Assembly (NCBI GenBank): GCA_903908245.1 | Contig: CAIVRE010000015.1 | Span: 5,468-69,467 of the forward strand | From: Candidatus Omnitrophota bacterium | Lineage (GTDB): Bacteria > Omnitrophota > Gorgyraeia > Zapsychrales > Fredricksoniimonadaceae | Reading direction: 5' to 3' | DNA length: 64,000 nucleotides | Shown: piece by piece, positions 30,905-40,706 of the stretch | Layout: the number at the start of each line of letters is the position of its first letter | Position numbering within the stretch: the first letter of the stretch is position 1 | Notes under the pieces: generated by a model | What the model saw: only the letters and a program-made list of their open reading frames with translations | The model's database searches: none | What the model was told of the DNA's origin: nothing | Made by a program: the position numbers and the translations under genes

Positions 30905-31615
30905 ATGAAAAAGATCGAGATCAGTGCCAGCCTTCTTTCCGCCGATTTTGGCCGGATCGCCGAAGACCTTAAGCTTTGCGAGGATTGCGGCGTTGAGCGT
31001 ATTCATGTGGATGTGATGGACGGGCATTTTGTGCCGAATATCACCATTGGCCCGGTTGTGACCGCGGCTGTGCGCAAACACACGAAGTTGTCTGTTGAGG
31101 CGCATTTGATGATCGAGCATCCGTGGGATTATATTGATGGTTTTATTGATGCCGGTGCGGACATTATCGGCTTGCAGGTTGAGTGTTATGGCGAGCGCCG
31201 CCTGGCGTGCCGCAGTTATGGGCAGTATCCCAAAGAGATCGATGTGCTTGATACCGCATTGTTTATGCGGGATTGTGCGCGCATCAAGGCCCGCGGGAAA
31301 GAAGCGTGTGCCGTCATTAATCCTGGCACGCCTGTTGAGGTCCTCGATGGTGTTCTGGCGCAGGCCGGCAGTGTCCTTGTGATGTCGGTCAACCCCGGGT
31401 TTTCAGGGCAGAAATTCATGCCTGTTGCGCTTGACAAGATCCGTTATATCCGCGCCCGTTTTCAGGGGGATATCGGTATTGACGGCGGGATCAATGCCCA
31501 GACCGCGCCGCAAGCGGTCAAGGCCGGGGCCAATGTCCTTATTACAGGCAGTTACTTTTTTTCAAGTTCTTCCCGTCAGTTGGTGGTTCAGGGCCTGAAA
31601 ACCCTTTCCGCTTAG
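30905..31615 (+). CDS. rpe: Ribulose-phosphate 3-epimerase
   Basis: SLLSADF, HVDVMDGHFVPNIT, MSVNPGFSGQ, IDGGIN. Confidence 0.93.
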   Translation: MKKIEISASLLSADFGRIAEDLKLCEDCGVERIHVDVMDGHFVPNITIGPVVTAAVRKHTKLSVEAHLMIEHPWDYIDGFIDAGADIIGLQVECYGERRLACRSYGQYPKEIDVLDTALFMRDCARIKARGKEACAVINPGTPVEVLDGVLAQAGSVLVMSVNPGFSGQKFMPVALDKIRYIRARFQGDIGIDGGINAQTAPQAVKAGANVLITGSYFFSSSSRQLVVQGLKTLSA

Positions 31616-31680
31616 CGCAAATCTCCTTTATATGGTATATTTTATTTGTAAGATCGTATTAAACGGAACGGTGATCTTCT

Positions 31681-33078
31681 ATGCGTGATCGCGGGCAAGT
31701 GCTTCTTGAGTATCTTCTTTTGCTGGGACTGGTGGCGGTCCTGGCGCTGGCGTCGTTCAAACCGGGCGGTATTATCAGCCAGACGGGGACAAGCGCTAAT
31801 ACTTATTTTAAAACCGGTCAACGCGCGATCCTGGGCGGGTATGTTGACGCGTCGGGTAAACAGGTGATGGAAGACCCGGCGCCTATCCATGGAGGCTGGT
31901 GCGATTTCTCCTCATGTATTAACGGGGTCAAGGTCAGGGAATGTGCCTGTCCAAGGCCGGCCTTCGGCGGGACAGAGTGTGTGGGGGATGCGGTTATTCC
32001 TGCGGATTGTTCAGGAGGCGGCAATGGAGGCGGTTGTACTCCCAGTTGCGCGGGCAAATGCAGCGGGAGCGATGGCTGTACCGGGACCTGTCCGAATAAC
32101 TGTTCCTATCCTCAAACCTGCGGCGGCGGCGGGGTGCCCAATGTTTGCGGGGGCGGGTGCACGCCCAATTGCGCAGGCAAATGCGGCGGGGGTAATGGTT
32201 GTTCCGGGACCTGTCCTGATAATTGTTCATTTCCTCAAAGTTGCGGCGGCGGCGGGGTGCCCAATGTTTGCGGGTGTATCACCAGTTGCGCGGGTAAATG
32301 CGGCGGGAGCGATGGTTGTACCGGGACTTGCCCTGATAATTGCGTGGCTCCTCAAACCTGCGGTGGCAGCGGGACGGCCAATGTCTGCGGGCAATGCGTT
32401 TCTACCGGTTGTGCGGCCGCGGCAACCATTACATGCGGCCTGTCGTATTTTGACAATTGCGGAACATATTGCGGCCTCGGCCAGGATTGCGTGGGGGCGT
32501 GTGGCGTCTGCCCCGATGGTACTCCTTGCAATTTCATCAGTGACTACAAAGATGCCGGCGGTTACGATAATCAATTCACCACATGCCAATGTGGCGCAGG
32601 GTTGAGTTGTTCCGGGCTTACAAAGCCGATCGATCTTTCGGCTTCCATAGCAGGAACCTGGGCCTGTTATTCTTACGCAGGAATGGATCATGCCAGATGC
32701 GGAGCGTCCTGGGTAAAGTGCTTTCCCAGTTGCGTAGGTAAATGCGGAGGCGGGAGCGACGGGTGTATGGGGACCTGTTTCAATGCCTGCACATTGCCTC
32801 AAACCTGCGGCGGCGGCGGGACTCCCAAGGTTTGCGGCTGCACGCCGGTTTGCGCCGGGAAATGCGGCGGCTCGGACAGTTGCGGTTCGACGTGTCCCAA
32901 TAATTGCGTATCACCTCAAACCTGCGGCGGCGGCGGGGTATCCAATGTCTGCGGGTGTACGGCCAATTGCGCGGGCAAGTGCGGAGGATCCAACGGGTGT
33001 TCGGGGACCTGTCCCAACAATTGTGCGGCTCCTAAAACCTGCGGCGGCGGCGGGACGCCCAATGTCTGCGGCCCGTGA
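31681..33078 (+). CDS. Flp/Tad-type prepilin-like protein with thrombospondin type 1-like motif and six Cys/Gly-rich repeats
   Basis: RG-QVLLEY followed by a hydrophobic helix; GGWCDFSSC..RECACPRPAFGGTECVG; 3+3 repeats of about 39 aa with 8 Cys each. Confidence 0.8.
   Translation: MRDRGQVLLEYLLLLGLVAVLALASFKPGGIISQTGTSANTYFKTGQRAILGGYVDASGKQVMEDPAPIHGGWCDFSSCINGVKVRECACPRPAFGGTECVGDAVIPADCSGGGNGGGCTPSCAGKCSGSDGCTGTCPNNCSYPQTCGGGGVPNVCGGGCTPNCAGKCGGGNGCSGTCPDNCSFPQSCGGGGVPNVCGCITSCAGKCGGSDGCTGTCPDNCVAPQTCGGSGTANVCGQCVSTGCAAAATITCGLSYFDNCGTYCGLGQDCVGACGVCPDGTPCNFISDYKDAGGYDNQFTTCQCGAGLSCSGLTKPIDLSASIAGTWACYSYAGMDHARCGASWVKCFPSCVGKCGGGSDGCMGTCFNACTLPQTCGGGGTPKVCGCTPVCAGKCGGSDSCGSTCPNNCVSPQTCGGGGVSNVCGCTANCAGKCGGSNGCSGTCPNNCAAPKTCGGGGTPNVCGP
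32035..33075 (+). repeat. Intragenic ~117-bp repeats in two blocks of three
   Basis: Recurring ggcaaatgcggcgg and cctcaaacctgcggcggcggcggg..ccaatgtytgcgg in 32035-32391 and 32719-33075. Confidence 0.85.
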
Positions 33079-33095
33079 TGATTTGACCGGTCCTT

Positions 33096-34034
33096 TTATG
33101 CCCGGTCCGCCTTGCGCTGGTCGCGCACGAAATTGCTGCATTCCTGGGCTTTGGCGAATTTCTTGAGGTCCGCGCCTATCTCGCCGATCTGTGCTACATG
33201 GGAGATCTTCTGGTTGACGTTGGACACGATCCCGAGAGAGATCGTCATCAGCCCTGCCTTGGTCTCATTTCCCTGACGGTCTTTGCCTACGATAAAACCG
33301 GCCCGCCGGTCCTCTTCGCTATAAAAACTGGGAGCGGTCTGGTTGAAGAGCTCGATGAGCCGGCGGCTGACCTGGTCGGCGATCTCGTCAGGGCAGGCGA
33401 ACACAAAGTCGTCCCCTCCGATATGCCCCACGAATACGCGCGCTCCGCCTACTTCCTGCCCGGCCTGGATAATGGTGCGCGCGGTCGCTTTAATAACATC
33501 ATCGCCTTTTTCAAAACCGTATTTATCGTTGTAGATCTTGAATTTGTCCAGGTCGCAGTAGCCGACCGCGAAAGGTTTTCCGGCATTGATAAGGCTTTGC
33601 AATTCTTCCATAATGGACGCGTTGCCCGGTAAATGCGTGAGCGGGTTGGCGTCAAGGTTGCGCACCGTACGCTTGATGATCATGTTGATCTTCGCCAGAA
33701 GGCTTTCGGGTTCGAAGGGTTTTACCAGATAATCGTCCGCACCGGAATTGATGCCGGTGACCAGGTCTTTAATATCGCTTTTTCCGGTGAGCATGATGAT
33801 CGGGACGTGGGAGAGAAGGATGTCCTTGCGCAGTTCACGGCAGAATTCCGGCCCGGTCATGACGGGCATCATATAGTCGGTGATGATCAGGTCGAAATTC
33901 CCCGAACGGGCTTTTTGCAGGCCTTCGGCTCCGTTGTTGGCCTTGGTGACCTCGAATGTGTCCGACAGCGTGAGGTCCAGGACGTCGAGGATGTCGGGAT
34001 TGTCGTCAACGATAAGAATGTTTTGGCGTTTCAT
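33096..34034 (-). CDS. Response regulator with GGDEF-type domain
   Basis: REC (VDD, D.MMP, KPF); NPLTHLPGN, DLDKFK.YND.YG, GGDDF. Confidence 0.92.
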   Translation of the reverse strand: MKRQNILIVDDNPDILDVLDLTLSDTFEVTKANNGAEGLQKARSGNFDLIITDYMMPVMTGPEFCRELRKDILLSHVPIIMLTGKSDIKDLVTGINSGADDYLVKPFEPESLLAKINMIIKRTVRNLDANPLTHLPGNASIMEELQSLINAGKPFAVGYCDLDKFKIYNDKYGFEKGDDVIKATARTIIQAGQEVGGARVFVGHIGGDDFVFACPDEIADQVSRRLIELFNQTAPSFYSEEDRRAGFIVGKDRQGNETKAGLMTISLGIVSNVNQKISHVAQIGEIGADLKKFAKAQECSNFVRDQRKADRA

Positions 34035-34050
34035 AGGGTCCTGTTATTGA

Positions 34051-35595
34051 TCAAACGGTTTTAAGTGTGTCCCGGGCCGGATGTTTGAACGGCAGCGTGA
34101 AGTGGAAGGTGGTGCCCGCGCCGACTTCGCTGGAGACCCAGATCTTTCCGCCGTGGGCTTCGACGATGTTCTTGGCGAGTGCCAGCCCGAGCCCCGTCCC
34201 CTTGACGTTCATGTTGATCTCGTTATCGACGCGGTAGAATTCGTCGAAAACCCGCATGAGGTCGTCTTTCTTGATGCCGACACCGGTGTCGGCCACTTCG
34301 CATAAAAGGATGTTCTTGTTCCACTGGGGGATGACATTAATGGTGATGGTCCCCTGGGGAGGCGTGAATTTGATGGCATTGCTGATGAGGTTAATAAAGA
34401 CACGCTCCACCTGGCTGGCGTCAAATTCGACTTCCGGCGCGTCGGCCTGGATCTGCACGCGCAGGGTCAGTGACTTGCTCAAAAGCTGGGGAGTGAGGAG
34501 GTCGGCGATATTGTTGACCATCGGCTGGATCGGCTGCGGGACGGTTTTCATTTCGACCCTTCCGGATTCGATGCGGGCGATATCCAGAAGGTCGTTGATG
34601 AGCTTGACCAGGTTATCGGAATGGGTATTGATCTTGATCAGGCGCTCTTTTACGGCATCCGGGATGACCCCGATCTTTCCCGTGATCAGCAGGGAAGCAT
34701 AGCCCTTGATGGATGTCAGCGGTGTGCGTAATTCGTGAGAGACGGCCGAGATGAATTCGGTCTTTTTTTTGGATATTTCTTCAACGTCCTTGAGCGCGAG
34801 GGAAAGTTCCTTGGTGCGTTCGTTGACCTTGGTCTCGAGCATCTGGGTGGAGCGGTAAACCTGTTCGAACAGGTGCGTGTTCTCGATCGTTTGTGCCAGC
34901 TGGCTGGTGAGGATGCCGATAAGCTCCTCGTCGCCTTCGGTGACCGCGGGCGCGTTGTAGCGGTTGCCGGTGAACATGAACCCGGTGAGGCCCTTTTGGG
35001 TCAGCAGAGGCGCCAGGATAAAGTGTTCGGTCTCAAAGAGGCTCACAATGACCGAGCGGGTTTTTTGTGACGAGCTCAGTGAAGAAAAGACCATCCCGTT
35101 CTTCAGCGCGTTCACCAGGTCGCCGTTGCCGGCGATCTTGGAAAGGGCGGCGTCCGTTTTTCCGGGGTTAAAGTCAATGGCGGCGCGGGCGATGAATTTT
35201 CCATCCTCGGTCATGGAGACGGCCAGCATTCGCGAGAACCCGAGCTCGGCGATCAGCTGGGGGTTGATGCGCTGGAAGGCTTCGTTCTCATCGAGCGAGG
35301 TGCGCATGTTGCGCGCCAGGTTTTGCAGGGTGTTGAGGCCTTTCAGTCGGCGGTCGAGCTCTTCTTGGGCTTTGTTGAGTTCGAGGTCGGTCTTTACAAT
35401 GAGCTTGGCCTGTTCGTCAAGCTCGTTGAAGGAGCCCATGATCTTGTCGTACGCGGCTTTGAGTTCGCGCAGTTCTTCGCTTTTTCCGATCAGCCAATAC
35501 AGCACGATCCCCAGTCCGATCAGCAGGAGCACGCAGATGACGCCCAGGACCGGGGTAAAATCCATTTGGGTTACGGGATAAGCGATGTCTTTCAT
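34051..35595 (-). CDS. Sensor histidine kinase (TM, coiled coil, GAF, HisKA, HATPase)
   Basis: SHELRTPL, NLISNAIKF, DTGVG, GTGLGL. Confidence 0.93.
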   Translation of the reverse strand: MKDIAYPVTQMDFTPVLGVICVLLLIGLGIVLYWLIGKSEELRELKAAYDKIMGSFNELDEQAKLIVKTDLELNKAQEELDRRLKGLNTLQNLARNMRTSLDENEAFQRINPQLIAELGFSRMLAVSMTEDGKFIARAAIDFNPGKTDAALSKIAGNGDLVNALKNGMVFSSLSSSQKTRSVIVSLFETEHFILAPLLTQKGLTGFMFTGNRYNAPAVTEGDEELIGILTSQLAQTIENTHLFEQVYRSTQMLETKVNERTKELSLALKDVEEISKKKTEFISAVSHELRTPLTSIKGYASLLITGKIGVIPDAVKERLIKINTHSDNLVKLINDLLDIARIESGRVEMKTVPQPIQPMVNNIADLLTPQLLSKSLTLRVQIQADAPEVEFDASQVERVFINLISNAIKFTPPQGTITINVIPQWNKNILLCEVADTGVGIKKDDLMRVFDEFYRVDNEINMNVKGTGLGLALAKNIVEAHGGKIWVSSEVGAGTTFHFTLPFKHPARDTLKTV

Positions 35596-35608
35596 ATTTT
35601 AATGGTAT

Positions 35609-36781
35609 TTATCCAATGGCCGCGATCAGGATGCCCGCGTTATGTGTTTGAAGGTCCATGGATGTTACCGCGCCAAGTTCTCCATAAGTATACATTCCGA
35701 ATACCGGACATGCGAGACCCAAGATCTCTTTTATCTGGCTGATCTCCTGGCCCGCGGACCGGCCGAAAAGTTTCTTTCGTGATAATGAGGCGAATATAAA
35801 AACGAGCTTCGGGTGTTTGCCGTGGAGCTTGTCGTGCACTTCCACGGCCGCGTCGTGCGCGGCCTTCCGGCAGGAGTCTTTATCGCCGATCATCAGGTGT
35901 ACCTGCGTGCCATGCGGGATATCTCCCTGGCAGATCAGGCTGCCGTCGGGGAGGATGCCCGAAGGGCTTTTGATGATGTATTCCTTGGCGCGGGCTGTGC
36001 TCAGGCCGAGCGGGTACAGGAACCCGATGTCCCCCAGCTGCCCGGCGGGGAGGCTGGCCATGTCTTCCGGGAAATATTCCTGGTAAATGGATACGGCGGG
36101 TTTTCCATCGATCGTGCGGATCAGGTTGCTGTTGCTGTCGTCGATGATGCGCGGTTTTCCCAGCGGCTGCCAGCCGTGCCTGATGGCGGCCGCGAATGAT
36201 GTTTTCCCGCCGAAGATGATCCCCCCGATGATATCGGTCAGGAGGTTTTCCTGAAGGAACATCCCTCCGGGATTGATCGCGCCGGCCATGATGAACGCAC
36301 GGCCAAGGCCTTCGTGCAGGCCGCGGATGATCTGGGTATGGTTGAGCGCGAGGGCGTCACAGAAAATGATGGCGCCGTGGCGTTCGCTGTTGGACATTCT
36401 TGAGGCAAGCTCCCGCGCGAGTTTTAGCCCGGTATCCTGCAAAGGCATCAGGGAGAGGGAATTTTCCGCGGCTATCCCGAAGTCAATGTCGTCGGATGAA
36501 ATGGCGAGCACCAGGACACCCTTGTTCTCGATCCCCTTTGTCCAGATCAGGGCAGGGGCCGGGAGGCCGATGAGTTTTTCGGGGTTGAGGACCTTGCGCA
36601 GGCTTTCGAGCGCCTGCAGGGAGTTCGGATGGCCCAGAGCGGTGTAAGACGGGGTGGTGGTAATGACCACAAGGTCGTGTTTTGTCAGGCCCGATTGGGC
36701 CTTGGCCATGACCGCCGCTTCTTTGAAAGCGGTGAGCGGGTCATTTTCCGACGAGAATCCGATGGCGATGGTTGTGCTCAT
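35609..36781 (-). CDS. FIST-domain sensory protein
   Basis: HGWQPLG, TIDGKPA, YPLG, GMYTYGE; promoter TTGACA-17nt-TACAAT at 36820-36792 favours ATG 36781. Confidence 0.88.
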   Translation of the reverse strand: MSTTIAIGFSSENDPLTAFKEAAVMAKAQSGLTKHDLVVITTTPSYTALGHPNSLQALESLRKVLNPEKLIGLPAPALIWTKGIENKGVLVLAISSDDIDFGIAAENSLSLMPLQDTGLKLARELASRMSNSERHGAIIFCDALALNHTQIIRGLHEGLGRAFIMAGAINPGGMFLQENLLTDIIGGIIFGGKTSFAAAIRHGWQPLGKPRIIDDSNSNLIRTIDGKPAVSIYQEYFPEDMASLPAGQLGDIGFLYPLGLSTARAKEYIIKSPSGILPDGSLICQGDIPHGTQVHLMIGDKDSCRKAAHDAAVEVHDKLHGKHPKLVFIFASLSRKKLFGRSAGQEISQIKEILGLACPVFGMYTYGELGAVTSMDLQTHNAGILIAAIG

Positions 36782-36840
36782 AATTATGGATATTGTACCG
36801 GCGGATGGGGGTGGTGTCAATTGCCGAGGTGAGGGAAAAT

Positions 36841-36868
36841 AAAAAACCCGCTGGTTAGCGGGTTTTTT
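36841..36868 (-). terminator. Terminator after tRNA-Glu
   Basis: aaaaaacccgct-ggtt-agcgggtttttt. Confidence 0.85.
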
Positions 36869-36872
36869 AAAC

Positions 36873-36949
36873 TGGTAGCCCCAACCGGATTTGAACCGGT
36901 GTTTAATGGCTGAGAACCATTCGTCCTGACCAGGCTAGACGATGGGGCC
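36873..36949 (-). tRNA. tRNA-Glu(CTC)
   Basis: Reverse complement GGCCCCA..AATGG-TTCTCAG-CCATT..TTCAAAT..TGGGGCTACCA. Confidence 0.96.
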
Positions 36950-37028
36950 AAATTTTTATTATCAAGTCGAAAACGGACTAAAATATAGCACAGATGCTTT
37001 AAAAAGCAAAAAATATTTTATAGCGGTA

Positions 37029-37832
37029 TCAATCGATCGCGCCCAGGACCGTGGCGAGTGCCAGGATGGACCCGATAAAGATCAGGAATACGCCGAAGTT
37101 CACTTTTTTTACAAAATTCATCAGCAGGCCGATCGACAGCATTCCGACGGCGAACGACACCAGAACGCCCAGCCATTCCACCCTGGCGGCCAGCATCATG
37201 TGATAGTTCTTGATGATGTTACCCAGGATGATGACCGGGATGCTCATCAGAAAACTTAACTTGAGCGTCTGTTCTTTATCGAAATTCCGGAAAGAGAGCA
37301 TTGCCATGGTCGTGCCCGCGCGGGAAAGCCCGGGCAGGCAGGTGAACGCCTGGGTCAGGCCGAGGATAATGCCGTCCATGATCGTGAGGTCTTTGGCCGC
37401 GCGTTTTCCGGTGGACTTTGTTTTCAGCTGCAGGAAACCGGCCACGATGAGCAGCGCTGCAATGATGCAGGTGATGGCGGCTTTGGCATGCGGCGCGCGA
37501 TAAGCAAGGTCAGAGGCTTTGTTGACCAGGACCTGGCCGAACGCGGTCAGCAGCGTGACGATAAAAAGAAAGGTGAGGATCTTCCGGCCTTCATTATCCG
37601 GCGCTTGAATGTTCGTGCAGGCTTTAAGGATATTCCTGATATCTTCCCGGAAATACACAATGGCGGCCAGGCAGGTCCCGAGATGCAAAAAAAGCGCGTA
37701 ATTAATAAGCTCGTTCAATGATCCGCTATTATGGAACAAATGGACCCTGGCCGCGATAACGCAGGCTTTTGAACTGACGGGGATCCATTCGGTGATGCCC
37801 TGAATAGCGCCTAGGATGATATTTTCGAACAT
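37029..37832 (-). CDS. uppP: Undecaprenyl-diphosphate phosphatase
   Basis: QGITEWIPVSS, HLGT, PGLSRAG, SFLMSIP. Confidence 0.92.
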   Translation of the reverse strand: MFENIILGAIQGITEWIPVSSKACVIAARVHLFHNSGSLNELINYALFLHLGTCLAAIVYFREDIRNILKACTNIQAPDNEGRKILTFLFIVTLLTAFGQVLVNKASDLAYRAPHAKAAITCIIAALLIVAGFLQLKTKSTGKRAAKDLTIMDGIILGLTQAFTCLPGLSRAGTTMAMLSFRNFDKEQTLKLSFLMSIPVIILGNIIKNYHMMLAARVEWLGVLVSFAVGMLSIGLLMNFVKKVNFGVFLIFIGSILALATVLGAID

Positions 37833-37973
37833 GGTAGCCTCGGTTGACGGTGCTGCTTAATAATGAATGGCAGGGATCTCTTCTTTTGGGCATACTAGCA
37901 GAAAAATTGTGCCGGGGGGTGTTTTTGCCAAAAAATGTTTGGTGTCCCGCGTTTTCTTGTTAATATAGCGGCT

Positions 37974-38456
37974 ATGTTCACGCCGCTTGACCAACAGTAT
38001 ATGCGCCTCGCCATTGAAAAGACCCGTGAAGGGATCATGGCGGGCCAGACGCCGTTCGGCGCGTGTATTGTGACATCCGGCGGGCGCGTGGCTTCGTGCG
38101 CACATAATGTGGTCTGGCAAACAACGGATATTACGGCGCATGGCGAGGTCAATGCTATCCGCGCGGCGTGCCTGGCGCTCGGTACGATCGATCTTTCCGG
38201 GTGCACGATCTTTTCCACTACTGAGCCGTGTCCGATGTGTTTCAGCGCTATTCATTGGGCCAGGATCAGGCGGATCGTTTTTGGAGCTTCCATTGAAGAT
38301 GCCAAAGCGGCCGGGTTCAACGAGCTGACGATATCGAATGACAGGATGAAGCGCGAGGGAGGAAGCCCTTTGGTGATCGAGGCGGGGTGTTTGCGCGAAG
38401 AGTGCAGGGGGCTGTTCCGGGAGTGGCAGGCGGCCGGACGGGCAAGGTTATATTAA
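37974..38456 (+). CDS. Nucleoside/guanine deaminase (cytidine deaminase fold)
   Basis: PFGACIV, TAHGEVNAIR, EPCPMC. Confidence 0.9.
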   Translation: MFTPLDQQYMRLAIEKTREGIMAGQTPFGACIVTSGGRVASCAHNVVWQTTDITAHGEVNAIRAACLALGTIDLSGCTIFSTTEPCPMCFSAIHWARIRRIVFGASIEDAKAAGFNELTISNDRMKREGGSPLVIEAGCLREECRGLFREWQAAGRARLY

Positions 38457-38464
38457 GAGGGGTT

Positions 38465-38866
38465 ATGCGTTATATTTTTCTTGTTTTATTCATGATAGTT
38501 TTGGGCGGATGTTCTTCGTTGCCGCTTAATTCCAGCCTTCTTCCCGTTGCTTCGCAGGCCATGGAGCCGACGCTCGGGATGACGCGGCCGCAGGTGGCGG
38601 CATTGATGACGCGCACCGTGACCGTTGGCTATGAGATCGATCCCGTTACCGGTGAGGCAAAGCCTTTGGAGGCCAAAAGCCTGTATTCGACCGAGGTTGT
38701 TCCTGTCGGGAATGAAACATATCTGGTTGATTCGTATATTATCGGGGTCCCTTTACCCGGACATCCGGTGACGGCGTCAGGATTAATGCCGATGATATTC
38801 AAGGATGATCTTTTGTGCGGTAAAGGCCGTGACGCGCTGGCGGCGCTGAAGGCCGGACGGCAGTGA
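38465..38866 (+). CDS. Hypothetical lipoprotein
   Basis: MRYIFLVLFMIVLGGC lipobox, GAGG RBS. Confidence 0.75.
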   Translation: MRYIFLVLFMIVLGGCSSLPLNSSLLPVASQAMEPTLGMTRPQVAALMTRTVTVGYEIDPVTGEAKPLEAKSLYSTEVVPVGNETYLVDSYIIGVPLPGHPVTASGLMPMIFKDDLLCGKGRDALAALKAGRQ

Positions 38867-39807
38867 AGAGCAATTACAATTATGGTTCGCTGGGGCCATT
38901 CATTGACCTTTCTTTGCTGGACTGGGCGGACGGTTATCCCGGGGTTTTTTCCGGCGGAAGTTCCGGTGTATCTTCGCTGGAAGTCGAGATCGGTTTTGGC
39001 ACGGGGGAATATTTGGCCGCAATGGGCGCGGCAAATCCCGGTGTGAATTTTATCGGTTTTGAGCAGTGCCCCACGCGGATCATCAAGACCTTGCGCAAAT
39101 TGCACCAGGCCGGGGTTGTGAATACGCGGGTGTTGCGCATCGATGCTGTCTGGGGGTTCCGTTTTCTTCTGGCTCCGGGGACACTGGACCGGGTGCATTG
39201 CCTTTTCCCGTGTCCGTGGCCGAAAAAGAAACATATCAAGCATCGTCTGTTCCAGCCGGCGTTCCTGAGGCTTGTTCGTTCACGGTTAAAGGCCAACGGC
39301 ACGCTCAGGATCGTCACCGATCATCAGCCGTACGCGCAGTGGATCGGGGAGGGCCTGGAGGCAACGGGATTTTCATTGCAGCGCCGGACGATCGGCGCGG
39401 TGCATGGGACCAAGTTTGAGAAGAAGTGGCAGGAGGGCGGGCAGGAGCTGTTCGATGAGCTTACGCTGACCGCCGACCAGCCTTATGAATTCAGCCCTGT
39501 CGAGGTGTTGCCGGTGAAAATATATTTTTCCAAAGGATTCGATCCGGACCGCATGGTCCTGGAGGGCGTCAAGGGGCTGATCACCGTTTCTTTTCCCGAG
39601 TACCTTTTTGATCCCAAGCGCAACGCGGGCATGGTGCATGCCATTGTGAGCGAGGATAACCGGATGCAGCATGTGTGGGTGGGGATCGAGCGTACCGCCA
39701 AAGGCTGGTGCGTGGCGCCTGCCGCGGGTACCGCCATCCTTCCGACCGAGGGTGTGCAGAAAGCCGTGGAGATCGTGTTCCAGGCCGTGGAGCGGAGCCA
39801 GAAATGA
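38863..39807 (+). CDS. trmB: tRNA (guanine-N7)-methyltransferase with C-terminal extension
   Basis: EIGFGTG, FPCPWPKKKH, TD, TKFEKK. Confidence 0.9.
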   Translation: MKSNYNYGSLGPFIDLSLLDWADGYPGVFSGGSSGVSSLEVEIGFGTGEYLAAMGAANPGVNFIGFEQCPTRIIKTLRKLHQAGVVNTRVLRIDAVWGFRFLLAPGTLDRVHCLFPCPWPKKKHIKHRLFQPAFLRLVRSRLKANGTLRIVTDHQPYAQWIGEGLEATGFSLQRRTIGAVHGTKFEKKWQEGGQELFDELTLTADQPYEFSPVEVLPVKIYFSKGFDPDRMVLEGVKGLITVSFPEYLFDPKRNAGMVHAIVSEDNRMQHVWVGIERTAKGWCVAPAAGTAILPTEGVQKAVEIVFQAVERSQK

Positions 39808-40658
39808 TACGCGCCGTAATAAAACATTTATCGGTGGTCCTGGTCATTGTTCTGGCGTTGCTTTTGGTGGTTGCGTTGCCTGCGGAGGCAAAAAAGAAGG
39901 CCAGGAAAAAGAGCGGGCCATATAGTGTTTCGGCGCAGTCGGCTCTGCTTTTTGACGAGAGCGGCTGGCAAAAGTATTATGCGCACGATATTGAGCAGAA
40001 GGTGTTCCCTGCGAGCACGACCAAGGTCATGACCGCGCTCATTGTCCTCGAGCGCCTGAATTTGAACGATGTGGTGACCATCACGCCGGAGGCGACCAAT
40101 GTGCTGCCCAGCAAGGTGGATCTTAAGGTCGGCGAGAAATATCATGTCCGCGACCTGCTGTTCGCCGCATTGCTCAATTCGGCCAATGACGCGTCTGTCG
40201 CCCTGGCGTATGCCGTTGCGGGCTCTCAGGACAAGTTCGTTGCAATGATGAATGACAGGGCGCGCCAGCTTGGCGCGAAACATACGGTCTTTGCCAATCC
40301 TCATGGCCTTCCGTCCAGCAGGGCGCAGTACACGACCGCGTATGATATGTTCCTGATCTTCCGCGCGGCGCTGAAGAAGGAGTTCTTTTACGAAGCGATC
40401 AAGATCCGCACGATGTCCGTCAAGTCCATTGACGGCAGGAGTATCGCCTTGAAGAGCCATAACAAGGCCCTTTTCAAGGGATGGAAGCAGGGGGTTTATG
40501 GCAAGACCGGGTATACCCGCGCGGCGCAGGCCTGTTTTATCGGGATGGTGCAAAAGGGCAGGCAAACGCTTATTGTGGCGGTCTTTGGTTGTCCGGGATC
40601 GACGCGCTGGGATGATATAAAATTCATTATCGAGCATTACGGCGGGATTGACTTGTAA
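39804..40658 (+). CDS. D-alanyl-D-alanine carboxypeptidase (peptidase S11)
   Basis: Signal peptide; PASTTK, SAND, NPHGL, KTGYT. Confidence 0.93.
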   Translation: MIRAVIKHLSVVLVIVLALLLVVALPAEAKKKARKKSGPYSVSAQSALLFDESGWQKYYAHDIEQKVFPASTTKVMTALIVLERLNLNDVVTITPEATNVLPSKVDLKVGEKYHVRDLLFAALLNSANDASVALAYAVAGSQDKFVAMMNDRARQLGAKHTVFANPHGLPSSRAQYTTAYDMFLIFRAALKKEFFYEAIKIRTMSVKSIDGRSIALKSHNKALFKGWKQGVYGKTGYTRAAQACFIGMVQKGRQTLIVAVFGCPGSTRWDDIKFIIEHYGGIDL

Positions 40659-40706
40659 CGGGTTTCTGGTTAAAATAAAATTTCTGGAATAAACAGGAGG
40701 GGAAAA

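Noticed and set aside
39500-39807. TrmB C-terminal extension as a novel domain
   Set aside because: Long-form TrmB proteins with C-terminal extensions are already known.
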